A stretch of DNA of 32,000 nt from Schaalia meyeri (GCF_900105015.1 NZ_FNLK01000014.1:130820-162819); one strand, 5' to 3'. Counted from the first letter of the stretch, positions 17,322 to 29,542 are shown. Numbers and translations: made by a program. The notes: generated from the sequence alone by a model not told the origin.

Positions 17322-20300
17322 TTAGGTATTAACTGACCCGTCGGTCAATTGGATGGTGGTCAGTGTGCCGCTCTCGCAGATCAGTCCGCATGAGGGGCTC
17401 CAGCGGCGTGCTGCAATCGATGACGGATGGCGACGGCTGGAGTGAATAAGCGCGCGAATCACGTTGTCTGATGGGTTGAGCGCGAGCACGCGGTGATCGT
17501 CCCATCTGGTGATACGGGTCCATGCGGCTTCTGGAATGACGTCGGTGATTCTGGGAGCTGCCCATCCCAGCGCCTCATGGATCGCCCGAACAGTCCGGGT
17601 ATCGCGTTCCTGGCCGATGACGATCCACGGCTTTATTTCCTGCCACGAGGGCGGGGCGTGCTCGGGACCGATCAGGACCGGAAAGGCGGCACTGCTGACC
17701 ATGGTTGCAGCCTGCGTGAGGGAGGGGATCCTCCAGCAGGGTGTGTCGCTTTTAGCGCCTTCGTTTAGGAGAGCGCTCGCGGTGGGAAAGCACGCGAGAA
17801 GCGTGGGTTCCCCGGGACGTGCGAGGAGCGCCTGATGCTCGCCCAGCGCTCGCAGATCGGCCGGGGCGATGCCGGCGTGCAGAGCCTCGTCCGCGTCTCT
17901 GGCCCGCACGAGGCGCATGGCGAAGGCCCCCAATGCTGCGCTGGAGGGTGTGAAACGGCCCGCGTACGCCGCGACGATGACGACGTTGGCGCGCCTGGCG
18001 CGTCCCAGCAGGGAGGTCCACAGGGCCTGTGCCCCCGGCTCAGTCAGCGCGTGGGTGAGCGCGGAGCGCAGGGCGGGAACGTCCGTGATTGCGAGGATCA
18101 GCGGGCCGTGTTCGCACGCTTCTTCCAACACATCGATGACGGCGGGGTCCTCTTCTGGTAGGTGAGAGGCCGCACCGGGGATGCGCGCCTCTCCAATGAC
18201 GTGCAGGGGGAGGTGGGTGATGCGCGCGATCCTGGAGGCGATCGATACCACCCAACACGAGGCGAGGGCAGCCTCGTGAGCGCTGGTCTGTATCTGGATG
18301 CTCCCGCCGTCCCACGAGACTAGCTGGTGCCCCTCGATCCCCTCAACGAGGCCGAGCCCCACGGGGGCGTGCTCACGGGCTGGCGAGTCGACCGATCCCG
18401 CCGCTGCCGGGAAAGCGGGGGTGGCCGGTGGAGGAGGCGCGGCATCAACGTCCTCCCACGTCAGGTTCTCAGGCAGTGGAGGGGCCCACAGGGGCGCAGC
18501 TGATGCCCCCGGCCACGCGCGCATGCAGCTGGAGACGACGGAAGCGGCGTCCGGCATGTACGTCAGCTGTATCGTCCCGACTCCCGCCAGCACGGCGCGT
18601 CCGGGGATGCGCGGTAGCGAGGCGGCGCGGGCGTCTTCGAGGATGTCCGTCGAGTCGGCGGCGCTCAGGCAGCGCAGGGCCAGGCGGATGTCCATATTCG
18701 CGCGCATCTGCGCGCTGACCGCACCGGAAGGGCGCTGGGTCGCGGCGATGAGGTGCAGGCCGAGGCTGCGTCCCTGCGCCGCCAAGCGCAGCAGGACTTC
18801 CATCGACGCTGGGTGGGTCTGGGAAAGAACCCGGAACTCGTCGATGGCGATGATCAGCCGAGCGGGGGGAGAGGGAACAGAGTGAGGATCCGCGTCGTAT
18901 CTGAGCTCCCAGGTGGCGAGGTCGGGAAACCCCAGCTCGTGCAGGGACTCCTCCCGCTGCCGCAGGACATGGGCGATTCCGTCGAGAGCGCGGCTCGTCG
19001 CCCCCGCGTCAAGGTCTGTGAGGAGCACCTGCGTGTGCGGCAGCTCCTTCAGGCGGGCGAAGGTGGAGCCACCCTTGTAATCGATGAGGACGAATCTGAC
19101 CCTCTCCGGTGAGTAGCAGTAGGCGATTGCGGCGAGCCAGACAATCAACGCCTCCGACTTGCCCGAGCCCGTGCATCCCGCGACGAGGGCATGCGGTCCA
19201 TCGGATACCAGGTCCAGGTCAACCCTCCCACTTTCCGACTGTCCGATCGGCACACTGAGGGTTCCCGCTTGAGCGTGAACGGACGAAGGATCCCAATCGA
19301 CGCGCGAGGGCAGTGCGTCCCGCCTGTCCATCCGCGTCACGGTCCACCACCAGTTGGCGGCGACGGGCTGGTCGTCGGTGACGCACACCTGAGCACACCA
19401 CGATGGCAGGTCTGCGACGCGGGACGCGTATCCGATGTGGAGGACCGGGCCGTTTCCTTTTGCGGCACTCGAACAATGCGGGCACGTTTCGCGGTCGCTC
19501 ACGTGGATGGTGACTCCCGCGTGTCCGAGCAAGACGGGCGCCGCGCAGTTCCACCAGACGCGAGCTCCCCCCGCCTGGGCTGCCACCTGTCCCGCGCACC
19601 ACAGCGCGCACTGCGCCGCATGCGCCCCCACGACGCCGATCGACGACGCTCCTGCCGAGTAGCTGGCCTCAACGGGTGCCACCAGCGTGAGGCGCCGTCT
19701 CAGGGTCGATGCCCTCCCCGGCCACACGGGTGCTCGCAACGAACGGGGAGCATCTGCCGATGCGGGGAGCGACGCCAGGACGAGAGACAGAGCCGCTCCG
19801 TCCCAGCCGAGACGACGCCGATGTGCGCGGAACGCCAGGGCTATCGCCGCGCCGAGCAGCGCCGCGATGAAACACCCTGCAAGAGGCAGGAGCAACGCCG
19901 GTCGGGGAGACATGGCGCGCAGGCGCCAGGCCATCAGCGCGAGCATGAGGATCGCAGAGACCAGGGGAAGCACCCGCAGGAGGGAGAACCCCTTGAACAC
20001 CCCGCGGCCTGGTCGATCGCTGCCCGGCCACGTCAGGCGACGAGGCCGTGGACGGACCTCGAAAGTGTCCTCACCCAGGCGAATCGTGGCGCCCGGTCCC
20101 AGCGCTCGTCCGTCGCGTGCGGGCAGCGGCACGCGCAGGCGGGACACGCGTCGGATCGAAGAAGAGCCGACAGAGCGCAGGACAGCCTTTCCGTTTGTCG
20201 TCGAAAAGATCGCGTGCTCGCGTGCGATGCTCGCGCTGGACAACGGAATGTCCCCCGCGCGTCCAACCACTCCGGGAGCGAGGGCCAGTCCGACGTCGGG

Positions 20301-20369
20301 ACCCTCGACGCAGGCCAGGTGCAGGTCCGTGCGCAGGGCAGCGCGCGCGAGGCAACCGCGATCGTTCAT
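17322..20369 (-). CDS. FHA-domain, membrane-anchored FtsK/SpoIIIE-family ATPase (EssC/EccC-like architecture)
   Basis: N-terminal FHA-like segment (GVVGRAGDIPLSSASIAREHAIFSTTNGKAVLRSVGSSS), two TM helices (LLRVLPLVSAILMLALMAW, LLLPLAGCFIAALLGAAIALAF), Walker A GCTGSGKSE, Walker B LIIAIDEF, ATQRPSG. I chose ATG 20369 (MNDRG...) because the supplied ORF extension to 20789 overlaps ligA and is R/A-rich junk. Confidence 0.85.
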   Translation of the reverse strand: MNDRGCLARAALRTDLHLACVEGPDVGLALAPGVVGRAGDIPLSSASIAREHAIFSTTNGKAVLRSVGSSSIRRVSRLRVPLPARDGRALGPGATIRLGEDTFEVRPRPRRLTWPGSDRPGRGVFKGFSLLRVLPLVSAILMLALMAWRLRAMSPRPALLLPLAGCFIAALLGAAIALAFRAHRRRLGWDGAALSLVLASLPASADAPRSLRAPVWPGRASTLRRRLTLVAPVEASYSAGASSIGVVGAHAAQCALWCAGQVAAQAGGARVWWNCAAPVLLGHAGVTIHVSDRETCPHCSSAAKGNGPVLHIGYASRVADLPSWCAQVCVTDDQPVAANWWWTVTRMDRRDALPSRVDWDPSSVHAQAGTLSVPIGQSESGRVDLDLVSDGPHALVAGCTGSGKSEALIVWLAAIAYCYSPERVRFVLIDYKGGSTFARLKELPHTQVLLTDLDAGATSRALDGIAHVLRQREESLHELGFPDLATWELRYDADPHSVPSPPARLIIAIDEFRVLSQTHPASMEVLLRLAAQGRSLGLHLIAATQRPSGAVSAQMRANMDIRLALRCLSAADSTDILEDARAASLPRIPGRAVLAGVGTIQLTYMPDAASVVSSCMRAWPGASAAPLWAPPLPENLTWEDVDAAPPPPATPAFPAAAGSVDSPAREHAPVGLGLVEGIEGHQLVSWDGGSIQIQTSAHEAALASCWVVSIASRIARITHLPLHVIGEARIPGAASHLPEEDPAVIDVLEEACEHGPLILAITDVPALRSALTHALTEPGAQALWTSLLGRARRANVVIVAAYAGRFTPSSAALGAFAMRLVRARDADEALHAGIAPADLRALGEHQALLARPGEPTLLACFPTASALLNEGAKSDTPCWRIPSLTQAATMVSSAAFPVLIGPEHAPPSWQEIKPWIVIGQERDTRTVRAIHEALGWAAPRITDVIPEAAWTRITRWDDHRVLALNPSDNVIRALIHSSRRHPSSIAARRWSPSCGLICESGTLTTIQLTDGSVNT

Positions 20370-20420
20370 GGAACAACGATCAAACCGCCCCCGGGCGCGA
20401 ACAAACGCTGCGGCGAACCT

Positions 20421-20486
20421 TGTGGACGGTCGCGTGCGGAAAACGATCCCTGTGGACAACGGAACGCGCGGTGCCCGTGTGGATAA
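20421..20486. promoter_or_regulatory. Cluster of three co-oriented DnaA-box-like 9-mers in a divergent promoter region
   Basis: TGTGGACGG (20421-20429), TGTGGACAA (20451-20459), TGTGGATAA (20478-20486). The reverse complements TTGTCCACA and TTATCCACA equal the actinobacterial and E. coli DnaA-box consensus sequences. Confidence 0.5.
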
Positions 20487-22874
<2,388 letters not shown>

Positions 22875-22963
22875 CGAGGCCCGGGCTGGCAGGCCATCGA
22901 CTCCCGGCGCCGCCCGCCTGAGGCGCGACGCACCTCGGCCTCGCCACCGAGGGCACAGGGCAC

Positions 22964-24228
22964 TCAGAGGAGCGGCTCGAAGGGGCCGAGCAGCGTCTCG
23001 CCGATGCGGGTGAGCAGGGAACGACGCTCCCATTCGTCGATCGTCAGGCGGCGGGAGGTCGTCAGGTCGTTGGCGAAGATCTCCTCCATGCGCTCGGCCA
23101 GCTCGCGCGAGTGGAACTGCAGGCACACCTCGTAGTTGCCGCGCATGGAAAGACGATCGATGTTCGCCGTGCCGATCGTGGACCAGCGCCCGTCGACCGT
23201 CATCGTCTTCGAATGAACCATCGCGTGGCGATACAGCCAGATCTGAACCCCCTCGCGCAGCAGCTCACCGTAATAGGGGCGCGCCACCCAGTCCGCCATG
23301 ATGTGGTTCGAATACTCCGGGATCAGGACCTGCACGTGCACGCCCCTGCGGGCAGCCGCAATCAGGGCGGCCAGGACCTCGCGGTCCGGGATGAAATAGG
23401 CGGTCGTGATCAGCACCCGGTCGATCGCCCGTTCGATCGCGTCAATGTACATGCCGCGGATCGGGTAGAGCAGGCTGTGCGGGAGGTTAAACTGCGCGGT
23501 CACGTCCGCGCTCCACGCACGCGCCCCCTGGTCGGGCAGCAGGGGGGCGGTCGACGGGCGGAAATGATTCCAGAAGTCGACGAAACCGTTTTCCAGCTCC
23601 CACACGGCCTCGCCGCTCACGCGCACGTGCGTGTCCCGCCACTCGTGGGCAAAAGGATCGCCGATGTTGTAGCCGCCCACGAAGCCGACCTCGCCGTCCA
23701 CCACCAGGATCTTGCGGTGGTCCTGGCCGGTGCGGCGGATGTTGAGCGTGAAGAAACCCGAACGCAGCGTCGGGAATCGACGCACGTGCAGGTGCTTCAT
23801 CGATGGAAAGCGATAGAAACGCAGATCCTGGTTGAGCACGCCGAAGCCATCCCAGACGCAGAAAACCTCGACCCCGCGTGCCGCCGCATCGATCAGCGCG
23901 TTCTTGAAGCGCTGACCCCATCGGTCCGACCGCCAAATGAAGGTCTCGAAATAAATGTGGTGCTTCGCCCCCCTGATGGCCTCAAGCATGTCCTCGTACA
24001 GGGACATGCCCTCCGTGTACGTGCGCGCCACCGTCTTCCCGATCTCAGTGTCCGCGGGGGCAACGTCGGGAAACCGTGCACGCCGCCGGGGATGCGAGCC
24101 GTGCGCATCCGGTCGATCGCATGCACGGTGACGATCGCCGCCGCCTGGGCGGCCAGCACCGCAATCCCCGCCTTCTTGACGATCGACCACGTCTGCCTGG
24201 TGAGTTGGCGTCGCTGTGAAAAGACCAT
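22964..24228 (-). pseudogene. Phospholipase D / cardiolipin synthase-family gene with an apparent 1-nt frameshift near the 5' end
   Basis: Two HKD motifs (HRKILVVDGEVGFVGGYNIGD; HSKTMTVDGRWSTIGTANID) lie in the 22964..24253 frame. The plausible N-terminus with a TM helix (MVFSQRRQLTRQTWSIVKKAGIAVLAAQAAAIVTVHAIDR...GGVHGFP) is in the other frame (ATG 24228). The frames can be joined by adding one C/G in the G5 run at 24055-24059. Confidence 0.65.
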
Positions 24229-24246
24229 ACGGGTAGGATGCCACAC

Positions 24247-24543
24247 ATGTCACGCATTAGTACTGACGAGGTCGCCCGCGTCGCGGGCCTGGCCCACATC
24301 GCATTGACCGACGAGGAAATCACACGCTTCGCGGGCGAACTCGACGCGATCGCCGACGCGGTTTCCAAGGTGTCGCAGGTCGCCACCCCCGACGTTCCCG
24401 CCACCTCCCACCCGATTCCGCTCACCAACGTGTGGCGCGTGGACGAAGTGGGGGCCACCGTGGACCGCGACGAGGTCCTCGCGCAGGCGCCTGCCGCGCA
24501 GGACGGCATGTTCCTGGTGCCGCAGATCCTGGGGGAGGAATGA
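24247..24543 (+). CDS. gatC: Asp/Glu-tRNA amidotransferase subunit C
   Basis: [35 protein letters not shown] is typical of GatC. The stop overlaps the gatA ATG (ATGA). An alternative ATG lies at 24238. Confidence 0.9.
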   Translation: MSRISTDEVARVAGLAHIALTDEEITRFAGELDAIADAVSKVSQVATPDVPATSHPIPLTNVWRVDEVGATVDRDEVLAQAPAAQDGMFLVPQILGEE

Positions 24544-26048
24544 TGAACGACCTGCTGAAGAAGAACGCCCTGGAGCTGGCCGACATGTTGGCCGCCGGGC
24601 ACATCACCTCCGTCGAGCTGACCCGGGCGTGCCTGGACCGCATCGACGCCATCGACGATCGCGTCCGCGCCTTCATCACCGTCGACCGTGAGGGCGCCCT
24701 GGCCACCGCCGCCGACGTGGACGCACGCCGCGCCGCGGGGGAGAGCCTGCACCGCCTGGCAGGCGTGCCCATTGCCATTAAGGACAACATGGTCACGCGC
24801 GGCCTGCGCACCACCTGCGCCTCCAGGATCCTCGGCGACTGGCAGCCCCCCTACGACGCCACGGTCGTCCTCAAGATCAAGAAAGCCGGCCTGCCCATCG
24901 TCGGCAAGACCAACATGGACGAGTTCGCCATGGGCTCCTCCACCGAACACTCCGCGTTCGGCGCCACGAAGAACCCGTGGGATTTAGAGCGCATCCCCGG
25001 CGGATCCGGCGGCGGATCCGCGGCCGCCGTCGCAGCCTACATGGTGCCCCTCGCGCTCGGTTCCGACACCGGCGGCTCCATCCGTCAACCCGGCTTCGTG
25101 ACCGGCACGGTCGGCGCCAAGCCCACCTACGGCGCGGTGTCGCGGTACGGACTGATCGCCATGGCCTCGTCCCTGGACCAGATCGGCCCCGTCACCCGCA
25201 CGGTCGCCGACGCCGCCGCCCTGACCGAACTCGTCGGCGGGTTCGACCCGTCCGACTCGACCTCGCTGAACGAGCCCGTCCCCGCGCTCACCGAGGCCGT
25301 CCGCTCCGTTGCCGAGCAGGGGAAGATCAACGGCCTCAGGGTCGGCGTCGTCAAGGAACTTGGTGGGGACGGCTACGAGAAGGACGTCATCGACGCTTTC
25401 AACGCCACGGTCGATCGGCTCCGCGAGGCCGGGGCCGAGGTCGTCGAAGTATCCTGCCCCAACCTCGAGTACGCGCTGGCCGCCTACTACCTGATCATGC
25501 CCGCCGAGGTGTCTTCCAACCTGGCCCGCTTTGACGGCATGCGCTACGGCATCCGCGTCGAGCCCGCCGAGAGCCCCGTCACCGCCGAACGCGTCATGGC
25601 GGCCACCCGCGGAGCCGGATTCGGCGACGAGGTCAAGCGCCGCATCATCCTGGGCACACACGTGCTCTCCGCCGGCTATTACGACGCCTACTACGGCAGC
25701 GCACAGAAGGTTCGCACGCTCATCCAGCGTGACTTCGACGCGGTCTTCGACAGGGTCGACGTGCTCGTCTCGCCGACGGCCCCCACCACGGCCTTCAAGT
25801 TCGGTGAAAAGACGTCCGACCCGCTGGCCATGTACCTCAACGACGTCGCCACAATCCCCGCGAACCTGGCGGGGATCCCCGGCATGAATGTGCCCAACGC
25901 CGTGTCCTCGCAGGGCCTACCGATCGGATTCCAGGTGCTCGCGCCCGCACGCGGCGACCTGGTCATGTACAAGGTGGCCTCCCTGGTGGAGGCCCTCAGC
26001 GACGACGTCGCGGGCTCCTGCCCCGCAGCTAACTGGGAGGAAAAGTGA
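24540..26048 (+). CDS. gatA: Asp/Glu-tRNA amidotransferase subunit A
   Basis: Amidase signature [31 protein letters not shown]. The start [17 protein letters not shown] was chosen over the supplied upstream extension. Confidence 0.96.
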   Translation: MMNDLLKKNALELADMLAAGHITSVELTRACLDRIDAIDDRVRAFITVDREGALATAADVDARRAAGESLHRLAGVPIAIKDNMVTRGLRTTCASRILGDWQPPYDATVVLKIKKAGLPIVGKTNMDEFAMGSSTEHSAFGATKNPWDLERIPGGSGGGSAAAVAAYMVPLALGSDTGGSIRQPGFVTGTVGAKPTYGAVSRYGLIAMASSLDQIGPVTRTVADAAALTELVGGFDPSDSTSLNEPVPALTEAVRSVAEQGKINGLRVGVVKELGGDGYEKDVIDAFNATVDRLREAGAEVVEVSCPNLEYALAAYYLIMPAEVSSNLARFDGMRYGIRVEPAESPVTAERVMAATRGAGFGDEVKRRIILGTHVLSAGYYDAYYGSAQKVRTLIQRDFDAVFDRVDVLVSPTAPTTAFKFGEKTSDPLAMYLNDVATIPANLAGIPGMNVPNAVSSQGLPIGFQVLAPARGDLVMYKVASLVEALSDDVAGSCPAANWEEK

Positions 26049-27544
26049 TGAGTGAGCTCATGGATTACGACGAGGCGGCCCGCCGCTTCGACCCGGTTCT
26101 CGGTATCGAGGTGCACGTCGAGCTGGGAACCAAGACGAAGATGTTCGACGCCGCCCCCAACGCCTTTGGCGGCGACCCGAACACCTACGTCACCCCCGTG
26201 TCGCTGGGGTTGCCCGGTTCCCTGCCGGTCGTCAACCGTAGGGCTGTGGAGTACGCCATCAAGATCGGCCTGGCCCTGAACTGCGAGATCGCGCAGTACT
26301 GCCGCTTTGCGCGCAAAAACTACTTCTACCCGGATCTGACCAAGGCATTCCAGACCTCCCAGTCCGATGAGCCGATCGCGGCAGACGGCTACGTTGACGT
26401 CGAGCTCGAGGACGGCACCATGTTCCGCGTCCAGATCGAGCGCGCCCACATGGAGGAGGACGCGGGCAAGAACACCCACATCGGCGGTGCCGACGGGCGC
26501 ATCCAAGGCGCGGACTACTCGCTGGTGGACTACAACCGCGCGGGCGTGCCCCTGGTCGAGATCGTTACCCGGCCGATCGAGGGGGCGGGGGAGCGGGCAC
26601 CCGAGGTGGCGGCCGCCTACGTGCAGGCCCTGCGCGACATCTTCCGCGCGCTGGACGTGTCCGAGGCCCGCATGGAGCGTGGTAACGTGCGCGCCGACAT
26701 CAACGTTTCGCTGCGTCCTGGCCCGGACGTGCCGCTGGGGACCCGCACCGAGACGAAGAACGTGAACTCTTTCCGCGGTATCGCTTCCGCCGTGCGCTAC
26801 GAGATGCAGCGGCAGGCCAAGATCCTGTCCGAGGGCGGAGTGATCCTGCAGGAAACCCGTCACTACCACGAGGAGGACGGCTCCACGTCGTCCGGCCGCG
26901 AGAAGTCTGACTCCGAGGACTATCGCTACTTTCCGGAGCCCGACCTGGTCCCGATCCGCCCGGATCGGGAGTGGGTGGAGGAGCTGCGCGCTTCTCTGCC
27001 GGAGCTGCCCGTCGCCAAGCGGCGCCGCCTGCGCGCCGAGTGGGGATACGCGGACATGGAGATGCGTGACGTCATCAACGCGGGGGCGCTTGAGCTGATC
27101 GAAGCCACCGTCGGCGCGGGCTGTGATCCGGCTTCCGCGCGCAAGTGGTGGATGGGCGAGATCTCGCGCCGCGCCAAGGAACGCGAGGTTCCCTTGGATG
27201 AGGCCGGGGTCAGCCCCGCTCAAGTCGCCGAGCTGCAGGGGCTGATTGACTCCGGTCGTATCAACGACAAACTGGCGCGCCAGGCCCTTGAGGGCGTGCT
27301 GGCGGGCGAAGGTGGCCCGGCGCAGGTCGTCGAGGCCCGTGGCCTCGAGGTCGTCTCCGACGACGGCGCGCTCACGGCGGCCGTCCAGGAGGCACTGGAT
27401 GCCAACCCCGACATCGTCGAGAAGATCAGGGGCGGAAAGGTGCAGGCCGCAGGCGCCCTCGTCGGTGCCGTCATGAAGGCGACCCGCGGGCAGGCAGACG
27501 CCGCCCGCGTGCGCGAGCTGATCATGGAGATGGTTGGCGCTTAA
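26048..27544 (+). CDS. gatB: Asp/Glu-tRNA amidotransferase subunit B
   Basis: [43 protein letters not shown] lies 8 nt before ATG 26048, which overlaps the gatA stop. Confidence 0.96.
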   Translation: MSELMDYDEAARRFDPVLGIEVHVELGTKTKMFDAAPNAFGGDPNTYVTPVSLGLPGSLPVVNRRAVEYAIKIGLALNCEIAQYCRFARKNYFYPDLTKAFQTSQSDEPIAADGYVDVELEDGTMFRVQIERAHMEEDAGKNTHIGGADGRIQGADYSLVDYNRAGVPLVEIVTRPIEGAGERAPEVAAAYVQALRDIFRALDVSEARMERGNVRADINVSLRPGPDVPLGTRTETKNVNSFRGIASAVRYEMQRQAKILSEGGVILQETRHYHEEDGSTSSGREKSDSEDYRYFPEPDLVPIRPDREWVEELRASLPELPVAKRRRLRAEWGYADMEMRDVINAGALELIEATVGAGCDPASARKWWMGEISRRAKEREVPLDEAGVSPAQVAELQGLIDSGRINDKLARQALEGVLAGEGGPAQVVEARGLEVVSDDGALTAAVQEALDANPDIVEKIRGGKVQAAGALVGAVMKATRGQADAARVRELIMEMVGA

Positions 27545-27551
27545 GGCCGCT

Positions 27552-27597
27552 CGGATGCGTGTGGGAGGGATCGCTCCGATTCTCCCACACGCATCCG
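27552..27597 (+). terminator. Long hairpin terminator after gatCAB
   Basis: Perfect 16-bp stem CGGATGCGTGTGGGAG / CTCCCACACGCATCCG with a 14-nt loop, starting 8 nt after the gatB stop. Confidence 0.7.
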
Positions 27598-27775
27598 CCG
27601 TCTCGGTGTTGCTGCTGGTTTAACCAGTGAGCACGCGGGAGCCGCCGCCTCGAAAATGAGCATTCCGTTGTCCACGTTGTGGCCTTCCTCTATCGGGCGA
27701 GCGGGGAAATTACCTAGGATGAGCGCTTGAGGATAACCGTGCCGCATGGCCCGGGCGCCCGAAGAAAGGACTAAC

Positions 27776-29203
27776 ATGCGCACTTCGCCGTCGTACACCG
27801 CTTCGTACCGTATCGAGGTGGACGAGAGGACGACATCCATCGCGTCTATTGTTGACGCGGTTTCCGCGACCGGAGCACAGATTAAGGGCCTGGACGTGGC
27901 CGACTCCGACCGCGGACACATCATCATCGATCTCACGTGCGACATGCGCGATTCTGAGCACCGCCGCGAAGTTCGCGACGCCATTAACGCACTGCCGGGA
28001 GTCTCCGCCGGCTCGGTCGCTGACCAGACTTTCATGAGCCACATCGGAGGCAAGGTTGAGATCCACTCGAAGGTGCCCCTGCGCAACCGCGACGATCTGT
28101 CACGCGCGTACACCCCGGGCGTCGCTCGCGTATGCACCGCCATCCACGACATGCCCCAGAAAGCTCACCTGTTGACTATGAAGGCCAACACGGTTGCGGT
28201 CGTCTCAGACGGTACCGCCGTCCTCGGCCTGGGCGATATCGGCCCCGAGGCGGCGCTGCCCGTCATGGAGGGCAAAGCCGTCCTCTTCAAAGAGTTCGGT
28301 GGGGTGGACGCCTGGCCGGTCGTCCTGGACACGAAGGACACTGAAGAGATCATCTCGATCGTCAAGGCGATCGCGCCGGCGTACGGCGGCATCAACCTGG
28401 AGGACATTTCCGCGCCGCGCTGTTTCGAGATTGAGGAGCGTCTGCGCGCCGAGCTCGACATTCCGGTTTTCCACGACGACCAGCACGGCACGGCGATCGT
28501 CGTTCTGTCCGCGCTCGTTAACGCGCTGAAGATCGTGGGCAAGAACATTGAGGACGCGCGCATCGTCGTTTCGGGCGTCGGGGCCGCCGGCAACGCGATC
28601 ATTCGCCTCCTGCTGGCACAGGGTGCGCGCGATATTATCGGCTGCGGACGAAATGGTGCGCTATCCGGTGACGACACGGAGGGCATGCACCCCTCGCGCA
28701 GGGCACTGGCCGAGGCGACAAACCCCCGCCACGTCCACGGCTCCCTCAAGGAGGTCCTGAAGGGCGCCGACGTGTTCATCGGAGTTTCCTCGGGCAATAT
28801 CCTTCAGCCCACCGATATTGCCACCATGGCGGAAGGCGCGATCGTCTTTGCTCTGGCGAATCCGACTCCGGAAGTTGATCCGATCGGCGCCGCCCAACAT
28901 GCCGCCGTCGTGGCCACGGGACGCAGTGATTACCCGAACCAGATCAACAACGTTCTGGCGTTCCCCGGTTTGTTCCGCGGCCTACTTGACGCCAAGGTCA
29001 AGGAGATTACCACCGAGGTACTGCGCGTCGCCGCCGTGGCCATCGCCTCCGTTATCTCCGAGGACGAGCTCTCGCCGTCCTACATCATTCCCGGCGCCTT
29101 CGACAAGCGGGTTGCGCCCGCCGTGTCCAAGGCCGTACGCCGCGCGGTGCGCGACCTGCCGACCGTCGACATCCCGGTCCAGCCTGACATGGGCGTGAAC
29201 TAA
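27776..29203 (+). CDS. NAD(P)-dependent malic enzyme (small type) with an N-terminal ACT-like extension
   Basis: AVVSDGTAVLGLGDIGPEAALPVMEGKAVLFKEFGGVDA, INLEDISAPRCFEIE, FHDDQHGTAIV, SGVGAAGNAI. ATG 27776 is preceded by AAAGGA; the supplied ORF starts at 27746. Confidence 0.9.
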   Translation: MRTSPSYTASYRIEVDERTTSIASIVDAVSATGAQIKGLDVADSDRGHIIIDLTCDMRDSEHRREVRDAINALPGVSAGSVADQTFMSHIGGKVEIHSKVPLRNRDDLSRAYTPGVARVCTAIHDMPQKAHLLTMKANTVAVVSDGTAVLGLGDIGPEAALPVMEGKAVLFKEFGGVDAWPVVLDTKDTEEIISIVKAIAPAYGGINLEDISAPRCFEIEERLRAELDIPVFHDDQHGTAIVVLSALVNALKIVGKNIEDARIVVSGVGAAGNAIIRLLLAQGARDIIGCGRNGALSGDDTEGMHPSRRALAEATNPRHVHGSLKEVLKGADVFIGVSSGNILQPTDIATMAEGAIVFALANPTPEVDPIGAAQHAAVVATGRSDYPNQINNVLAFPGLFRGLLDAKVKEITTEVLRVAAVAIASVISEDELSPSYIIPGAFDKRVAPAVSKAVRRAVRDLPTVDIPVQPDMGVN

Positions 29204-29223
29204 GAGTCATTTCGGCCACAAGA

Positions 29224-29268
29224 CGGGCCCGACCGCGCTGACGAGGCGCGGTCGGGCCCGCTCGTTTT
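29224..29268 (+). terminator. Rho-independent terminator after the malic enzyme gene
   Basis: Perfect 15-bp stem CGGGCCCGACCGCGC / GCGCGGTCGGGCCCG with a 7-nt loop, followed by CTCGTTTTCC. Confidence 0.8.
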
Positions 29269-29399
29269 CCCCGCGTTTCTAGTGGCGACCGCAACGCTGC
29301 CCGAGTGAATGGAGCGTGTTGTGGCTGTTCAGGGGCCAGTCGGTGAAGGAAACTTTGTTGTGTGTGGTGGGGGTGTGGTGGAGGTTACGGTGGTTTGGT

Positions 29400-29429
29400 T
29401 TGACTTTGGGTGTGTGGGGTGGGTATTGT
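29400..29429 (+). promoter_or_regulatory. Candidate rrn promoter
   Basis: TTGACT (29400-29405), an 18-nt spacer, then TATTGT (29424-29429), about 240 nt upstream of 16S and upstream of the boxA-like element. Other promoters may exist. Confidence 0.35.
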
Positions 29430-29542
29430 TTTCTCCGTTGCGCCGAATGGTGGTGCTGGGCTGTGGGTCTGGTTTCTGGTGTTTGGTGTGGTCTTGCCTT
29501 TTGGGGATGCGTGCTTGTGGTGCGTGTTTTTGATTGTGTGGG

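Noticed and set aside
25691-27223. 510-aa minus-strand ORF over gatA/gatB (similarly 21318..22259 and 22289..23126 over ligA)
   Set aside because: Antisense to genes with unambiguous signatures and no motifs of their own.
27668-27676. Isolated 7-8/9 DnaA-box-like matches: TTGTCCACG at 27668 and at 5070-5078, and TGTGGATGT at 2515-2523
   Set aside because: These are single imperfect hits, one of them inside a coding region, and are expected by chance. Only the triple cluster at 20421-20486 stands out. I did not scan the window exhaustively.
27541-28152. 203-aa minus-strand ORF overlapping the gatB terminator and the malic-enzyme 5' region
   Set aside because: It runs through a strong terminator hairpin and is antisense to a well-supported gene, with no motifs.
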